This document shows positions 1 to 29,500 of a DNA stretch of 64,000 nt, one piece after another. Source of the stretch: Bugula neritina (taxonomy: Eukaryota; Animalia; Bryozoa). Position numbers and translations under genes: made by a program. The notes under the pieces were generated by a model. That model was not told the DNA's origin. It did not search any database and saw only the letters and a list, made by a program, of their open reading frames with translations. Position 1 is the first letter of the stretch. Every line of letters starts with the position of its first letter. The stretch spans positions 9,186,581 to 9,250,580 of the forward strand of contig OZ037767.1 of assembly GCA_964035545.1 (NCBI GenBank), read 5' to 3'.

Positions 1-343
1 TTTGTTAAATTGAATGTTTTGAAGCGGCTGCTAGCATTGTTGAATCAAGAATCCATTCACTGCTTCACTTTGTGCCGTGTGGCTCATAATATCTTTTCAA
101 ATTGTTCAATTTTAGTGTGTAGGTTTCCATATCACATTGCGAAATCTCCAAGCCTAGTATCTGATCAAACTTTAAAAATGCTTTTTATAATATACTGTAT
201 AATAATATCTGTTCTGTATCTAATATGTGCTTTTGGAAACCAAGTTAAAACTCAATCTATATTTTTTGTGCTTCACTTTTAACAATGCATATTTATTTAC
301 ACCATTGCGCAAATTTTAAATTCATGGAGGGATGCTTTTTTAG

Positions 344-3300
344 AAAAATAATGGCAGTGCCCACCATCGACGGGATTGACTTCAACACCTTCCGTGTTAG
401 ACCTGTCTATTCTCACGGCACCCATTACAGAGGCATCTTTGAGTGGGGCTTTCTCTACAAGGAGTCTGAGGTTCCGCAGAGAGAGCTGGATAGGCGGGCA
501 CACTTCAGCGAACCCTACAGGTAGCACGCTACGCTGTTTAGAAAGTGAATGCTAGTTGTGGACTACAAATACTTTACTCTATCAAATTACAACTCTCAGG
601 TGTCAGTCACACCTATGCTTCTTATATTTTGAGGCAATCAGGGCTTCTCTAAGTCAAAGCAACCATTTAGTCATATAATTTTGTGTGTCACTTGTAGAGC
701 ACCCACACACGCTGGAGGTCTCTTTGCTATGGACAGATCCTATTTCTTTGAGCTCGGTGCATATGATGATGGTCTACTTATTTGGGGCGGAGAGAACTTT
801 GAACTTTCCTTTAAGGTACATAACCACACGCTTGCACCTCTCTCTGTCATCATCACATAATATTGCCATACAATGCTCCCACCACACCCTCTCTCCTACA
901 TCTTATAATACATGTACTTCTACTGTAACATCTCACTAATACTTATATTGTATAATTGTACACATGAGTCATTATCTTTTAATTGTAGATCTGGCAGTGT
1001 GGCGGTGAAATAGAGTGGGTTCCCTGCTCCAGAGTTGCCCATGTTTACAGAAACCATATGCCATACAGTTTTGGTAAACTGGATACAAAAATACCCATCA
1101 TACAAATAGTGAGTATAAAGCATGTTTTCGGTTATAATGTTGTTAATTGTCTATTGTGCCGTCTCGTTCAGTCTAAAATTGAATGAAATTATTTCGTTGC
1201 TAGTTTTACAATGAACAAAGGGTAATGTCTTATGAGTTGCATAAAAGTGTCAGATGTTTATTTACATGGCTAACTCATTAGATATTTGACATTAAATGAT
1301 GAAATATATTTTATAGTGTTGACAATTAATACTAGTATAAAATATACCATGGTATTTGTAGCCAGATACTCCACCCATATATTTACGATGTTCTTGTCTT
1401 TTATCTCATATTATTTTATATTTTTTCTATTGTCTATATGTCTAATATTTGGAATACTGCCATTGTTTCAAAATATCTAACCATAATATTTTCACTATTT
1501 CTCTTGCTCAATGGACTGCCCCTTCATTAATTAAGTTTAATTTGCAGTCGTGAATTAGGTCATATCTTATATATGGTAATGTGTGTTACAAAAGGAATGT
1601 TGATATACTACACAAAGTTGTGTGAATATGCTTAATAATAGGGTGGTAAATGCTCGCTGTTCTTCAATTATAATACTTTTACAGCTGGTTTGTACAAATT
1701 TGACTTGGTTGGTTGAATCTTGCTCAAGTATAGACTGTAGTCCACATGTTCTTGTGCTTCCTGCCCTGTGTATAACCGTTAGCAACTGGTACACAGTCTA
1801 CTAGTAGAACCAGGTGAAAGAGCGTATATGTGGTATATGCAATGATTGTACTTTAGAACTATATGAGGGTAGTTGAAGTGTGGCTGGATGATGAATATAA
1901 AGAGTACTTTTATACAAGAGAGCCATCAGTACGGGGCTATGATATAGGTGAGCTGTTGCTACATCTCCTCTCTATTCTCTCCCTTCACAGAGTTATTTTT
2001 ACAGAGTTGAAAAGAATGTTTAGCCAAAGTTAGCCAAGTTTCAATGTTTTACAGTTCAATGTGACATTAAGGATTGCCTAAAGTATCAGTGAAATAATTA
2101 TTTATGTGTGATTTTATTTTTGGTGAATTTCTTAGCCTATACCAATATTATCCTAAAACATTTTAGACTTTAAATACTTCTACGTGTTGTAAAACTTTGG
2201 TTTGTTCATGTCTTTTTGTTTTAATTATAGGTGATATATCCAAGCAGTTAGCTTTTAAAAAGGAACACAAATGTAAAAGCTTTAAATGGTTTATGAATAA
2301 TATAGCGTATGAAGTTTTTGACAGATTCCCACCACCTCCCCCTAATAAGCATTGGGGTATGGTAAGTCTTTGGCACATCCTCCCATCCTTCAATGTTACT
2401 AGAATGTTGCAGTGTGTATACAACTGTTTAGTAAACAGTATGTTATTTGCTGTTGAATACGTGTGTTGCGCTGTAGCTAGAGCAAGAAGGTAGCAGTGAC
2501 TGTTGGGATGCGGTTGGCTGGTCGGTTGGCCGTAATGCTGAGATATACCACTGCCATAAAATGGGTGGAAGTCAGCTGTTCAGATTGAATACAAAAGGGC
2601 AGCTAGCCTCAGGGGAGAGATGCTTAATGCCTAAAGGGAACCATGTACAGGTTACTGTGTGTCCTACTGACCCCTCAGGACACTGGGAGTACCTGGATGT
2701 GAGTGTTGCTACTACTCGTACATTATCTCACTTCTTTTTTTTACTTAATCCTCCTTATTAGAATTATAAAAAATTGAATTTCTTGAAAACTGGTACAATT
2801 GTGCGCAGATGTCTGAACTTGCTTAATGTTGCTGTGGAATTTCAGCTCTATTTACTGCCTGCTATTTAAAGACTTATAAACTAAAGTTGTTGGTCACTTG
2901 TGAAAATGTTTGAAATAAGATTTTTTTCTGATAACTTTTATGTCATGGCTACCACTGCAGTGTTACACCAAAGTTTTCCTATACTGCATCAGACTGCCAT
3001 ATTCACATTTATGTTACTATGTCAGTTTAGTAACAGCCAAACAAATGGGTGTGCTGTTGATAACCAGGTTGAAGGACATACAGGCATGGTAAAAATAACT
3101 TTAAACTGATATTAAGTATGGCCGACATGTGAAAGTGTATTTCTCTTTCTAAAATCAAAGTGTGAATAGTGCTTGTGAAACATCATAAGACTATTTGCTG
3201 AACTGTAACTAGTGGGCTCTTTACTTTAAGCATATGCTTAATGCGTATGCTTAAACAATTGCTGGTATCATATAAATATACAAATTATTTCAATCTGAAT

Positions 3301-3562
3301 CCCTACAGTTCTCTCTATAGGCTGAGACTGATAGGGTGAATGAAACAAAAAACACTACAAAATTGTCATGAAATAATATGCTCTGGAATAAAATTACTCT
3401 ACAAACGTGTTGTTTTTGTTGCAGGACACGAAGCAGATGAAAGATACGTTATCTGGAAAGTGTGCAGGCCACGACGCAAATAGCAATGTTATTAGCATGC
3501 TGCCCTGTGACAGTTCTAGCAAACTACAGCAGTTCACTTTCACACAAATTAAACAATTCTGA
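344..3562 (+). CDS. GALNT7: Polypeptide N-acetylgalactosaminyltransferase 7-like (GT-A catalytic C-terminal half plus ricin-type lectin domain), 5'-partial
   Basis: Phase-consistent GT-AG exons 344-520, 698-815, 989-1108, 1857-1947, 2231-2361, 2477-2698, 3425-3562(TGA). Translation gives [76 protein letters not shown] and lectin-type [17 protein letters not shown] at 3983. Confidence 0.93.
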
Positions 3563-5169
3563 ACAACTTAGTCTGTTGAGATGAATTTTATTGTAAATGA
3601 ATTTTAGGTGGCCAATGTATCAACAATTAAGTACTTCATTCGCTTATATTAACTTATGTAAAACTTGCCAGTTGTGATTTAAAGCAAACTATTTTCAACA
3701 TTCCATTGCAGTTTTGTTTTAGAATGCCATTGGCAACTTTCAGTGAATTTAGGGTATATGTGCTACACGGCACCTATTCTATAACAAGAACCAATATTTT
3801 ATATTGTTAGAAAATTTATATCATTCTCCACAGTATAATGATATATTCAGTAGAATTTTATAATGATAAACTTAATGAAAAGGCAACTATGTCACTGCTA
3901 TTTATGTTCAACATTTCACATTTGGTGCCCATGGCTCCACTGTTGATGTTGATTTATATGAAAGCGTTTTCTGTTGATGCTCAATAAACTAAATTATATT
4001 CTCAATGAAACATCGTAAACTGTAAACATGCAGAAAGAATCAATCTTCTGGTCATTATTTATTTTTAGAGCAGTTAGCAACAGTTTCATTGACTACTAGT
4101 ACTCCACTAATGAGTACCATAACAAAACCTTGCGTCCACTCCTCCATTAAATAGGGTGTCAAAATAATGTTTGCCTATCAAATGATTACGTAGTTTCTGT
4201 TAAGATAAGCATCATTATATATCTAGCTTAGTAATGTTACCAACAAAGAACCATCAAGAAATAATAAAATTAAAATAGAGTCAAGATGATAAATTCTTTA
4301 GCTCTCCTTCCATTATGATTATAACTACTATTTTTAACATAAGTGCAACAAATATGCCAGTGTTATAGCTCCTATAAAACTTTAAAGCTTGCAGAAATAT
4401 GATTGAAATGATTTATACCTTAGCTATACCTTCAAGAAGTACTTCCAGAGTGACCTGATGTGTGCTCTGTCAAAAACAGAGCCAGATGTGAGCAAGCTGG
4501 TACAAAATCATCAGCTGTAGTCATCACATTATTAATTGAACTGCTCTGTGTTTTATACAATTACATGTATGCATAATATTATTACAATCATTATACTATA
4601 ATTTACCATCAAATCTAATAAAACAAAGTATTATTAGACTTGTATCATATATTATGTTGATCTGTTTTAGTACCTACATAAAAATTGCTTTTTTCGAAAA
4701 AGGGAAATTAATAGTATGCGTTTATGAAAGGACGAATAATATGAAAGGGTTGGCAACCACTGGCTTATTCGATATCATTGGACATAGACTATAGAACGCT
4801 TGGTCAACTAGTTCGTGTTTTCAAGTTTGGAAGTCACTTGGCTAGCCCCGAACCACACCTTTTCATTTCACAGCTATAATGAAGAATTAGCTCAAAGCAA
4901 CACCTAATTTTTGGTCACGGAGTGCAGTATTTCAGACAACATACAAATTTTGCACTCAATCACTCCCGATTCAGTGTTGTTTCTAGCGACTCCCTAAAAG
5001 TATTTGTCAATATCAGAAATGCATTTCTTACAAAATATGTGTGTGATAAGTAACAGTAAATCGAATGTTAACTGTAGTTTGTTGCAACACTTATTTCAAA
5101 TTGTGTACTTGAAACCTAAAGCTATATTAAGATGTCTTAGTAGAATGCTCTTCGAGTTGAACTCCACAA

Positions 5170-5780
5170 TTTAAACTACTACTTCAGTACTTGTAGTTGT
5201 ACTACTACTTAACTATTACTATTACTATTAGTATTAGTATTACTATTACTATTAGTAGAGTATTACTATTAGTATTAGTATTAGTATTATTATTAGACTT
5301 GGTGATTATTACTATTACTATTACTATTAGTATAAGTATTAATACTTGTACTACTATTACTAGTAGTAGTACCTATACTTTTAGTTGTACTACACTACAG
5401 CTACTAGTACTACGTCTACTACTAGTAGTAGTAACTAGTAGTCGTACTAGTAGGCCTAGTGGCTAGTACAGTAGTAGTCGCAGTAGTACTAGTGCTACTA
5501 CTAATATTATTACTACTAAGTCTAGTCACTAGTACTACTAGTAGTAGTAGTGCTACTGCTAATCATGATAATGATCATTTGAAGTTGATAATACTTTCAG
5601 TGTCAGTAATTGAATTTGCGTTAATTTTCAACTTGAAGCAAAGCTAAAATAAAATTGGTACTAGTATACTACTTTAACTTTGTCTACCAGTATAATTTAA
5701 ACTAATGCTTATCAATATCACTTATAACTTTAAGTATAGTATAAGTATTAGTTATATCAAGTGGTGCAAGTGATATAAGT
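5170..5780. repeat. Degenerate 3/6-bp periodic low-complexity tract (ACT/ATT/AGT) upstream of the SKIC3 coding start
   Basis: TACTATTACTATTAGTATTAGTAT... and TAGTAG/CTACTA runs; yields spurious ITITI/VLVLL ORFs. Confidence 0.85.
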
Positions 5781-6101
5781 TAGAAATGTTGAATAGAATA
5801 TTTTCATATTTTGGTTCTACCTTGATGTACAAAAATTCACACGCTTATTGAACTTATATAATCAAGATATTATGGTGAATTTAAACATGTATGTAGGTAC
5901 AATTTGAAGTTATACTCTCACTCTAAATTTGATTGCACTGTTTTAAAAAGTCTTGGCGATATTATTACTAATGTTCATATTGATCATTCTTCCAGTCAGC
6001 ATTACTGAGACTGGTCATTATTTTATCAGACTGATCATATGCTACTACATCCAAGTCTACTATGTATTTTCAATAGGTAAAAGTTGAAGACAACAAATGA
6101 A

Positions 6102-21320
<15,219 letters not shown>

Positions 21321-23509
21321 TGTAAGTATGGCTTGTCTCAGTGCCTACCTGCAAGTGACAGGTAGATGGGTCTACATTCCTAGCAGCATCATTTCAAGTG
21401 TCTTTTTAAGAAGCCATATATTGCATTGCTTAGTTTTTCAACATAACATTTTATGATAAAACAAGCAATTTCCTTATAGAAAGTTTTAATTATTCAATAT
21501 TTTTCTGGACTTGAAGAGATTAAAGCTATAATTTAAATCATAAAACAGAAATATAGCTTGTCATTGTTAATGAGCACATAACAGGAAGTGGGAGCTGTTT
21601 GTATTGTTTTGTATATAAGTTGTGAGTCCATTATGATTCTGTGTTCAAAGTAATATGTGCTCGATTTCATGCACTCTTAAAAATAGTCATTTCTGTTGGT
21701 TTTTCTATGACTCATTTAAGCAAATAATATTTTTAATAAAATTGGAAAGGGGTGTCATTAGCCTACTTGTAATTTCCTTTTGAAAAATGAATTCGTTTCT
21801 AGCAATTAATTCTTTGCTTGGAACTCTTGAAAACTGTAAATGTTGGAGAATGAAACTATATGCTGTGGAGCTGTGTAAGAAGTCACAGCTGTATTCATAT
21901 TGTTGCTTACAGTTACCAGCTGGAACTATGGGTTACATTGTGATGAGGGGGAAGGTATACAGTGGCTGAATATTACACACAGAGACCTCAAGTGTCAAAG
22001 TCAGTAACTTCTGTGGATAGAATATGCAATAAATGATAAACACATTGTGCAAACCTATTAAAGTTATTAAATCAGATATTCAATTATATCTATATTGTGG
22101 TGCATGTTATTTTACTGTAATATAATATTGTTATGCTCTGCATATACATTTTATACTTACATAATATTTTTATTATACTATAAAGTATATGGACACTGTA
22201 ACTGTTATTTCATAAGCATATATTTTTCAGTTACCTGCACTTTGTAAAGTTATTTAATAGTTAATTTCTGCTGGCTTTAATTAAATTTTCATAATAAATT
22301 TTCTCATTATAGAAAATCAATCACATTATTATCTAGTAAAGCTCAATAAATAACACAAATAATATGAAAGAAATATAAGATACAGGCTACTATTCAGACT
22401 GCTTATTATTGACAGTAGAAATATAAATGGAGGAGTAGCATAAGAAAGCCTCGATCCTCTCTCGAGTTGAGCATGGTTGTAGCTGTTGGTTTTTCATGCT
22501 AAGCATTAGTAGGGTAGTTTTGACCACAATAATCATTGCATTTGCTGACCACTTCCAAGTAGATGTGTTATTAGTTATTACTATATTCCACAGACTGCTT
22601 ATTTATTCTTAGGAAATCAGTTTTACATAGATTTACATAAACTAGTAGAAAATAATTTTTTATCATTTTATAATTCTTAGCAATTTAATTTAGTCAATTT
22701 TAATCATTTTTTATGCTACCATTTTTGTCTTAAATTTCTTGCTTCCTGTACAATTGATATTATGACTGAGAAAGTTGAATGCTACATTTGTGGGCATTAC
22801 TTTTTTATTAAACTTCAAGCTTCAAAAACTTGTGTTTATAGAACATGAAAAAGCAGCAAAGTACAACATGATGATCCGACATGTACAACATTCTATCCTA
22901 GCCAGCTACAAATCTTGAGTTTTTTTTTGCAATGTTGTTAACAATATTTAACTACAATAGTTTATGTAGAAACTTTATAGTTGTTAAAATTTTAACACAA
23001 GCTGCAAAGTTTTGCATGAAAACCCGCATGTAACTCACACAGAAGAACAGTCTGGGTTACAAAGTTGAAAGATTTGATAGAGTTGAGTTTGCTTACAGAA
23101 TATGTGCTCAGAAGAAACGTGCAATACAGAGTGACTAATCAAGTTATATTTATATGTATAACTTTAAACTGTAATTAGGTTAAATGCGTTTTATCTATTA
23201 AGCATCGGTGAGAACATATTAAGCAATAGGGTGTAAAAGCAATTGCAGTTAATATAGTAATAATCTTAATTTTTAAAAAAGTGGAGATAGGTGAGAATAA
23301 TAATAACTAAAATAAAATATAAAACTCTTTATAAACTATAGTTTTGAAGTAAAATTAAGATTGAACATTGATAAGCTTATCTGCTAATATTATAAGGTGT
23401 TCACAATTGCTATCAGAATTGTATGCATGTTTTTAGTGCCTACCAACCATGTGAATAGGCATCAAAATGGGAAAAAATATGTTAAAATAAAATGTATATA
23501 TATAATATA

Positions 23510-26500
23510 TTATACTCTTTCAGTAGCTGTAGTCTCAGCTGGTAGAAGTGTTAGTTTAGCTGGAGCTTTAGAACGTTTGCTCAGCCTCTGCACTCTAGCT
23601 TGAAGAGTGTTAGCCTTAGTGCCATATTCTTTGTGCCACTGGTGGGCTGGCAGGTTGGCATATTCTCCAGACGTATCCAAATCTCTGCCAATAGTTGTTA
23701 GACGTTTATCAAACCTGTAATATTGAATATTTAAATATAATTTATTATATGTAAAGGCTTGTAGTGAGATTTAAGACAGATGAAAGTAGGTGTTTCTATA
23801 TTTAATTTATATATAATTAACACATTTATATTTAATTAACACAGGAATAATAACATCAATTGCATTCATATCATCCTTTAGTTCCACAATTTCAAATAAC
23901 AACTTTGGCACATTTATAAAGTTTTACTACATCAGCATTTTAACATATTATGGTTTGTTTCCTATTATTTCAATTTGCGAAACCCAATTGATTGAGCAAA
24001 CAGCATGCAAGCAGCTCCTTGTGGCCACTGCATCAGCGTGTACCTATTCTTCAGTGAGAGGTGTCTTCTATGAGTCCCTTCCTCCAAGCTATTGGTACGT
24101 TGAAGTTCTCGAGCTATGTCCTCCGCCTCTGTCACTTGGTTCATCTTTTGGTTACACATGAGTGTTAGCTCTGTGGCAGACATGATGTGTCGTAGGGTAG
24201 CCCATCTGTGCCATAACATAGCCAGAAACTGGAGTATCAGAGTAATGCCTGAAAATACATCCAACACATATTTTAACAATGTTTGAAAAAGATTTTACTT
24301 CTGGGTTGCAATTTTATTTATACAGCTTATACCAATAGTGTATGAAGCATACATTATATACTGTATAGTACTAATATTTTGTGAGACACACATTATGTAC
24401 TGCATAATACTACTAGAATGTGTGAAACATGCATTATATAATATAATATACTATATTATACTAGTAGTATGTGAAGCATACAACATATATATACTGTATA
24501 ATGCTGATGGTGTGTGAGCCGTACCAAAGATGGTGAGAAAAACAAGAGTCAAGGGTTCCAGTGTGAGAGTCATGCCCTGACCCATATAGATATAGGTCAC
24601 AGTTAGCAAATGCGCTATATCGGATATTCGTATCTGCAGAAGAAGTAGAAGCACAGTTAAAAGTCACATTGCATATAAATTACAGTAGAATTTGCCACAA
24701 TATTAGGTATGTTCAGTGCTTTGCTGTATTTGAGCTAGAATTTGATTTAAGACTATAGCGTACTTGTAGAAAGAAAATAATGGCTATCCAAAGAGCATTT
24801 AACATGAAGAATGCAAAGCAGACACTGTTCCTCATCTGTTTGAGTTGGTCTGCAATATGAGCCTCTTTACCAGAGTCTTGCTCAATTGGCTTTAGATATC
24901 TAAAAAAAACATATCAAATTTAAAATAGTTTTTTATAATGTTTTTAACATTGATTAAAGGGAAACTACCACTTTTTAATTAGTGTCCTTGTATATATTCA
25001 AGGTCAGCAACATATAGCTGTTATATAGCTATAAATATACATCTTTACAGTTTCTCTTAGCCGCTTTACAATCGAATATACATTATGCTCCTATCTTCAG
25101 AATATAATTTGCTAAATAAGATTGAAAATCTTCATAAATAAGTACATTAGTTCTATTCTAACCTATCAATGAGTGTTTCCCAAAATTCTCTTTCTGAATC
25201 ATCCAATATCTGTATAAAGCTATGCCTTAGACATCGAGTATCCAGCCAAGCATCTGTTTGGTTGTCAGCCAGACTTGCAGATGACTCTACTAGTCGCTGC
25301 TCCTTTGTAAATCGAGCTCTATTAAAACAATTACATAATCATTCACCCATTGAAAAGCTTCGCTGTCAATTTTGAGGTAGATGCAGAAATGGAAGAATTG
25401 GGAAAAGCCTGTATTCTAGATTAGAAATGTAGCAAAAGAAGTTGTTTTCTTGCAAAAATAATAACCCGCAACCCAAACAAAAGTCTATAAAAAAATTTAA
25501 AGAACTTAGGCTAGGTATCTCAATTTCTCCACTACTGCTCCTAGTAAATGTCAATTTGTTTATATTTCACTTATTCTTTAATTACTAGTTGTTGACAATT
25601 ATAAAAAGTATCAATAGCTTTTTACCTGTCATACAGGGGGTGTGCAGAGGCATAAGTGTTGCTACTATCTATGTTGTCATAGATAGCTGTTTGACCTTCC
25701 AATCGATCTACTTTTTCCAGAATCATGTGTAAAGTTCGGGAGTTGTCTTCCTGCAACTGCTTGTTACTTCCACAGCACTGTAACAGTAACTTAGCAAATC
25801 AGGTACAAATTAACTATATCAAGTACATATTGCTGTTAGATAACTGCCTACGTTTTTTAATTAAATTTACTTGTAAAAAAAAACTAAAATTTTATATCAA
25901 ATGACTTTCGTTGAACCTTTTTTATCTATGTTTCTAGACATTAGTGTGCAATTCTTAATTCAAGATTCTGAATCTTGAATTTTCTCAATTTTGATTCATC
26001 CTAATAGTAAAAGTGGATTTCTTATTATATAGAGGCCTATACATTTTCTAAACAATGCCAGCTAAATGAAAGAAAAGCTTTTTAGAAAAACTCAAATCTA
26101 ATAAGCATCATAATCTGTAAAAACATTTAAATATTGCTATAAATCTTTGCCTTCAATCGTTTATGTTTTGTAGTTGTATTGCATAATATTGTTGCAATAG
26201 GATCATTATATTATGACCATATTTGTACTGCTTGTCCATGCTCCTGTATCTGCATGACGACTACACTTTTCACAAAGAAGTTAACTGACCTCAGTTGTGT
26301 GTTATTCCTTAGTCATTCAACAATTTAAAAACATTGAATAGAAATGATACTACCCTAAGTAAGAGTCAACATTTAGCAAAAAGAAATATAAAAAAGTTAA
26401 TTGTATGTGACATCACCAATGTTTTTCGTTCATAGTATGGTGTCATATTCAATAACTTGCTTTGAGCAATAGTGCTTATTAAATGTTTCAGTTACCTGAC

Positions 26501-29500
26501 TTAGAAATGAGCCTATCTTGTTACATAGACTGTCTTCCTTCAGTTGTGTGTCAATAAGGCTATGCAGAAAGCCTGTGGGCTGTACCATTTTAGTCTGTTT
26601 AGTGGTTTCTCTGGTACCCCAGGACACAATGTTCATATTCACCATGGAGTAGATGATGAGCAGCAAGTAGCCACTTGGGATAGTAATGTAGTAGAGGAGT
26701 CCAGGTACAAGGTCAAAAAACTCCCTCGGGTGCAAGATAGCACTTATTATAAATACAGCACTCAACACTAAAACACAATAACAAATAACAAGTGACAAAG
26801 GCACAATATATATTAACATTTCTATTCAATAGATATTAGCACACATACATTTAAATTAATAATAACAACTAGTAATAAAAAAGTAACTATTTAACAATAA
26901 TTAAAAAGAAGTGTGATCATGGTACACAAAATTTTTTTTTGTGTCGTCCACAAAGTCGGCTATAGAATTGCCTCCTCTCTACTGAGGGTTAGTAACATTA
27001 TAACAAGCTTACACACTAGAAAGAATCCTGCAGGGCTGAGGAAACCCTGACTAGCAATAGATATAATGCTGCCAATCATAACTGCCATCATGACAATAGC
27101 GTAGAGTGCACTGAGTATGGCAGCGGCAGCAATCTGAGTGTTTGGCATAGTTGTGAAGCAGATGATTACGTAGATCACCGGAGGAACCAAGGCTAAGAGG
27201 TAGGCCCAAGTTGGAGACAAACGGAAGACCTGCAGAGTGTACAAAGCTGAAGTACATCATAACAGACGGAATAAACCGTTTTGTAGTCTAACAAAGTATT
27301 TAGCGTTTAATACACAATAGACCCTTTTCAGTGGTCTCCAATGTCCCGCTAAAATTAAGAGTTGTGTCCTCCCAACATGCAATAATGTTGCCTAAAATAT
27401 GCTTGAACGCATTTTTGTGGTTTCCGTTGCTGGGCAATGCAGAAATAGCAACTATGATTAATTCTCAATTATCATTTGTTGTCCTGTCTGTTATGGCCAT
27501 GCAATTTATAGCTGAATTGACCTTTCAACTCTGCAGTGGTCCAGTTTCACTGCTAGTTACATGTAATTACTCACATGCCTGCTTAGCTGTGTTATAGCAT
27601 GTACACATAATTATACTTTGAAGAGTTTGTACTACATTATGTTCAAAGGACCGTCAATGCTTTACATAGTTTCATGTTATAGCCAAAACCTTTTTAAAAG
27701 AAAAATATTACTAAGAGAAGCAAAGCTCAGTTCAGGCAAAAATTTATTTAACATATTTTATATAGTTGATTGATTTATTGCATATCACAGACATGACAAC
27801 ATGTTGCGAAATTCAGTGTAAATACTGGCTATAATATAAGTAGGCATGAACAAAAATGAATGAAAAAAAAGTCAAAACTCTGTAGGAATATTTAAAATAG
27901 AAGCTCATTTAAAGTATTTACAAGAGGCAGACATCTTTTAATTCAATATCATCTTGAAATATTTTGTCTGCCCTATATCTTTATTGCATGTTTTACAACA
28001 GGTCTAATAGTTTTATTTGAAAGTTCTAATTGATCGATATGTTATACTTGGGGTGAACTTATCCTCGATTATGCATAACATTTTGTGACCCAGGATCAGC
28101 CAAGCCAGCTGTAAAACTACAGCTAAGTTTCAATAAGACTAGCTGATGTAGATATTTAGAGCATGAGAAGTTGAGAAGCTATAACATTAAATGGTTTCAC
28201 TGAAAACCCAAGCAAAAAGTTAATAACTCAATATTTTCAACATACTTTCACTGCTTCCTTTATCAGAATTTGCTTCATACTTTTCAACCAGAAATTCTTT
28301 CAGAAGCGGTTTTCAGATAATTCAGTTTACCTATGTTGCAATTTGATGAGTTGAGAAACTTGGGTTTTCAGGTTCAGTAATGGCTGGCTTAGGTTGGCCT
28401 TTTACCTATTTCATTATATAACTATGTTTTAACCTACCACCTACATTAACTAGGACCTTGAGTCTACTGCAGCTGACAGAGATGACTACTACACACGGGT
28501 AGGTGCAGTAATGGAGAAATTGAGAAAAGCCTTTGTTCTAGATTAGAAATGTAGCAAAAGAAGTTATGTTATGTGCAACACCAAAATTTATAAAGAAATT
28601 CAAAAAACTTAGGCTATCTCAATTTATTCACTACTGTTCCTATACTACAAGCCACAGGCATAATATTAAGAAATAACAAAACTGTAACACAAAAACCTGA
28701 ATGCCAACAGCTAAAAGGCTATCGGGGTTTATCTAGATATATTTATTTGAGCACAATTGTTGCAAGTGCAATAGATGCATTTAACCTGCTAGAAAATTAA
28801 ACGACATATATTAATCCACATTTCATATTCGTTTGATGATACAAATTTAACCAGTCTATTTAATAATATATCGTTTATCTATAGTTTTGTGAGAATGCTT
28901 CTTGAAAATGATGGGTATTGAGGTAGGTAGTTTAGCTATTCTCATAACATAGGTGCATAAGTATATAATTAATTGAAAATGCTAACAGCTAATCTGCTGT
29001 CTCATTCACTAGCAGAGCTCTAAGACTGTGCTAACAGCAGATTCTGACCAAAAAGTTGAAAGGTCAACAGCTATGAATTGAACATGACAGCCAGTATAAC
29101 AAATAATTAATGAGACTTGTATCATAGTTACCACTTCAACTTGCTCAGTAACCAAAACCACAAACATGCTTTGAAGTTTATTTTTCTCAAGATTTGTCAA
29201 GAAAGAAAATTTTTAAAAATTTTCTGGAACTGCTATTATGTATGCTTAGGCCAAAATATTTATCTCAGAAAAGAAAAAACTCATGCTAGCAATAGTCCTC
29301 ACACAAACCTTAAATTTCTCCTGATTTTATGACTTTCTATATATCATATAGACTCCCCCATATACCGGGTGGGAGGAGACAACTTCAAATTATAAAAGCC
29401 CCTAGAGGGACATTTGAAAAGGGTCTATTCACGGTGTTAACCAATCTTGCCATTTTGCAAAGTTGCTTAGATTTTAGATAGTCTCATATATTATTTATAT

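Noticed and set aside
5197-5647. Hydrophobic ITITI/VLVLL ORFs (also 50797-51269 and 52195-52641) resembling membrane peptides
   Set aside because: They are products of the 3/6-bp periodic low-complexity tracts, mostly with non-ATG starts and no splice or family support.
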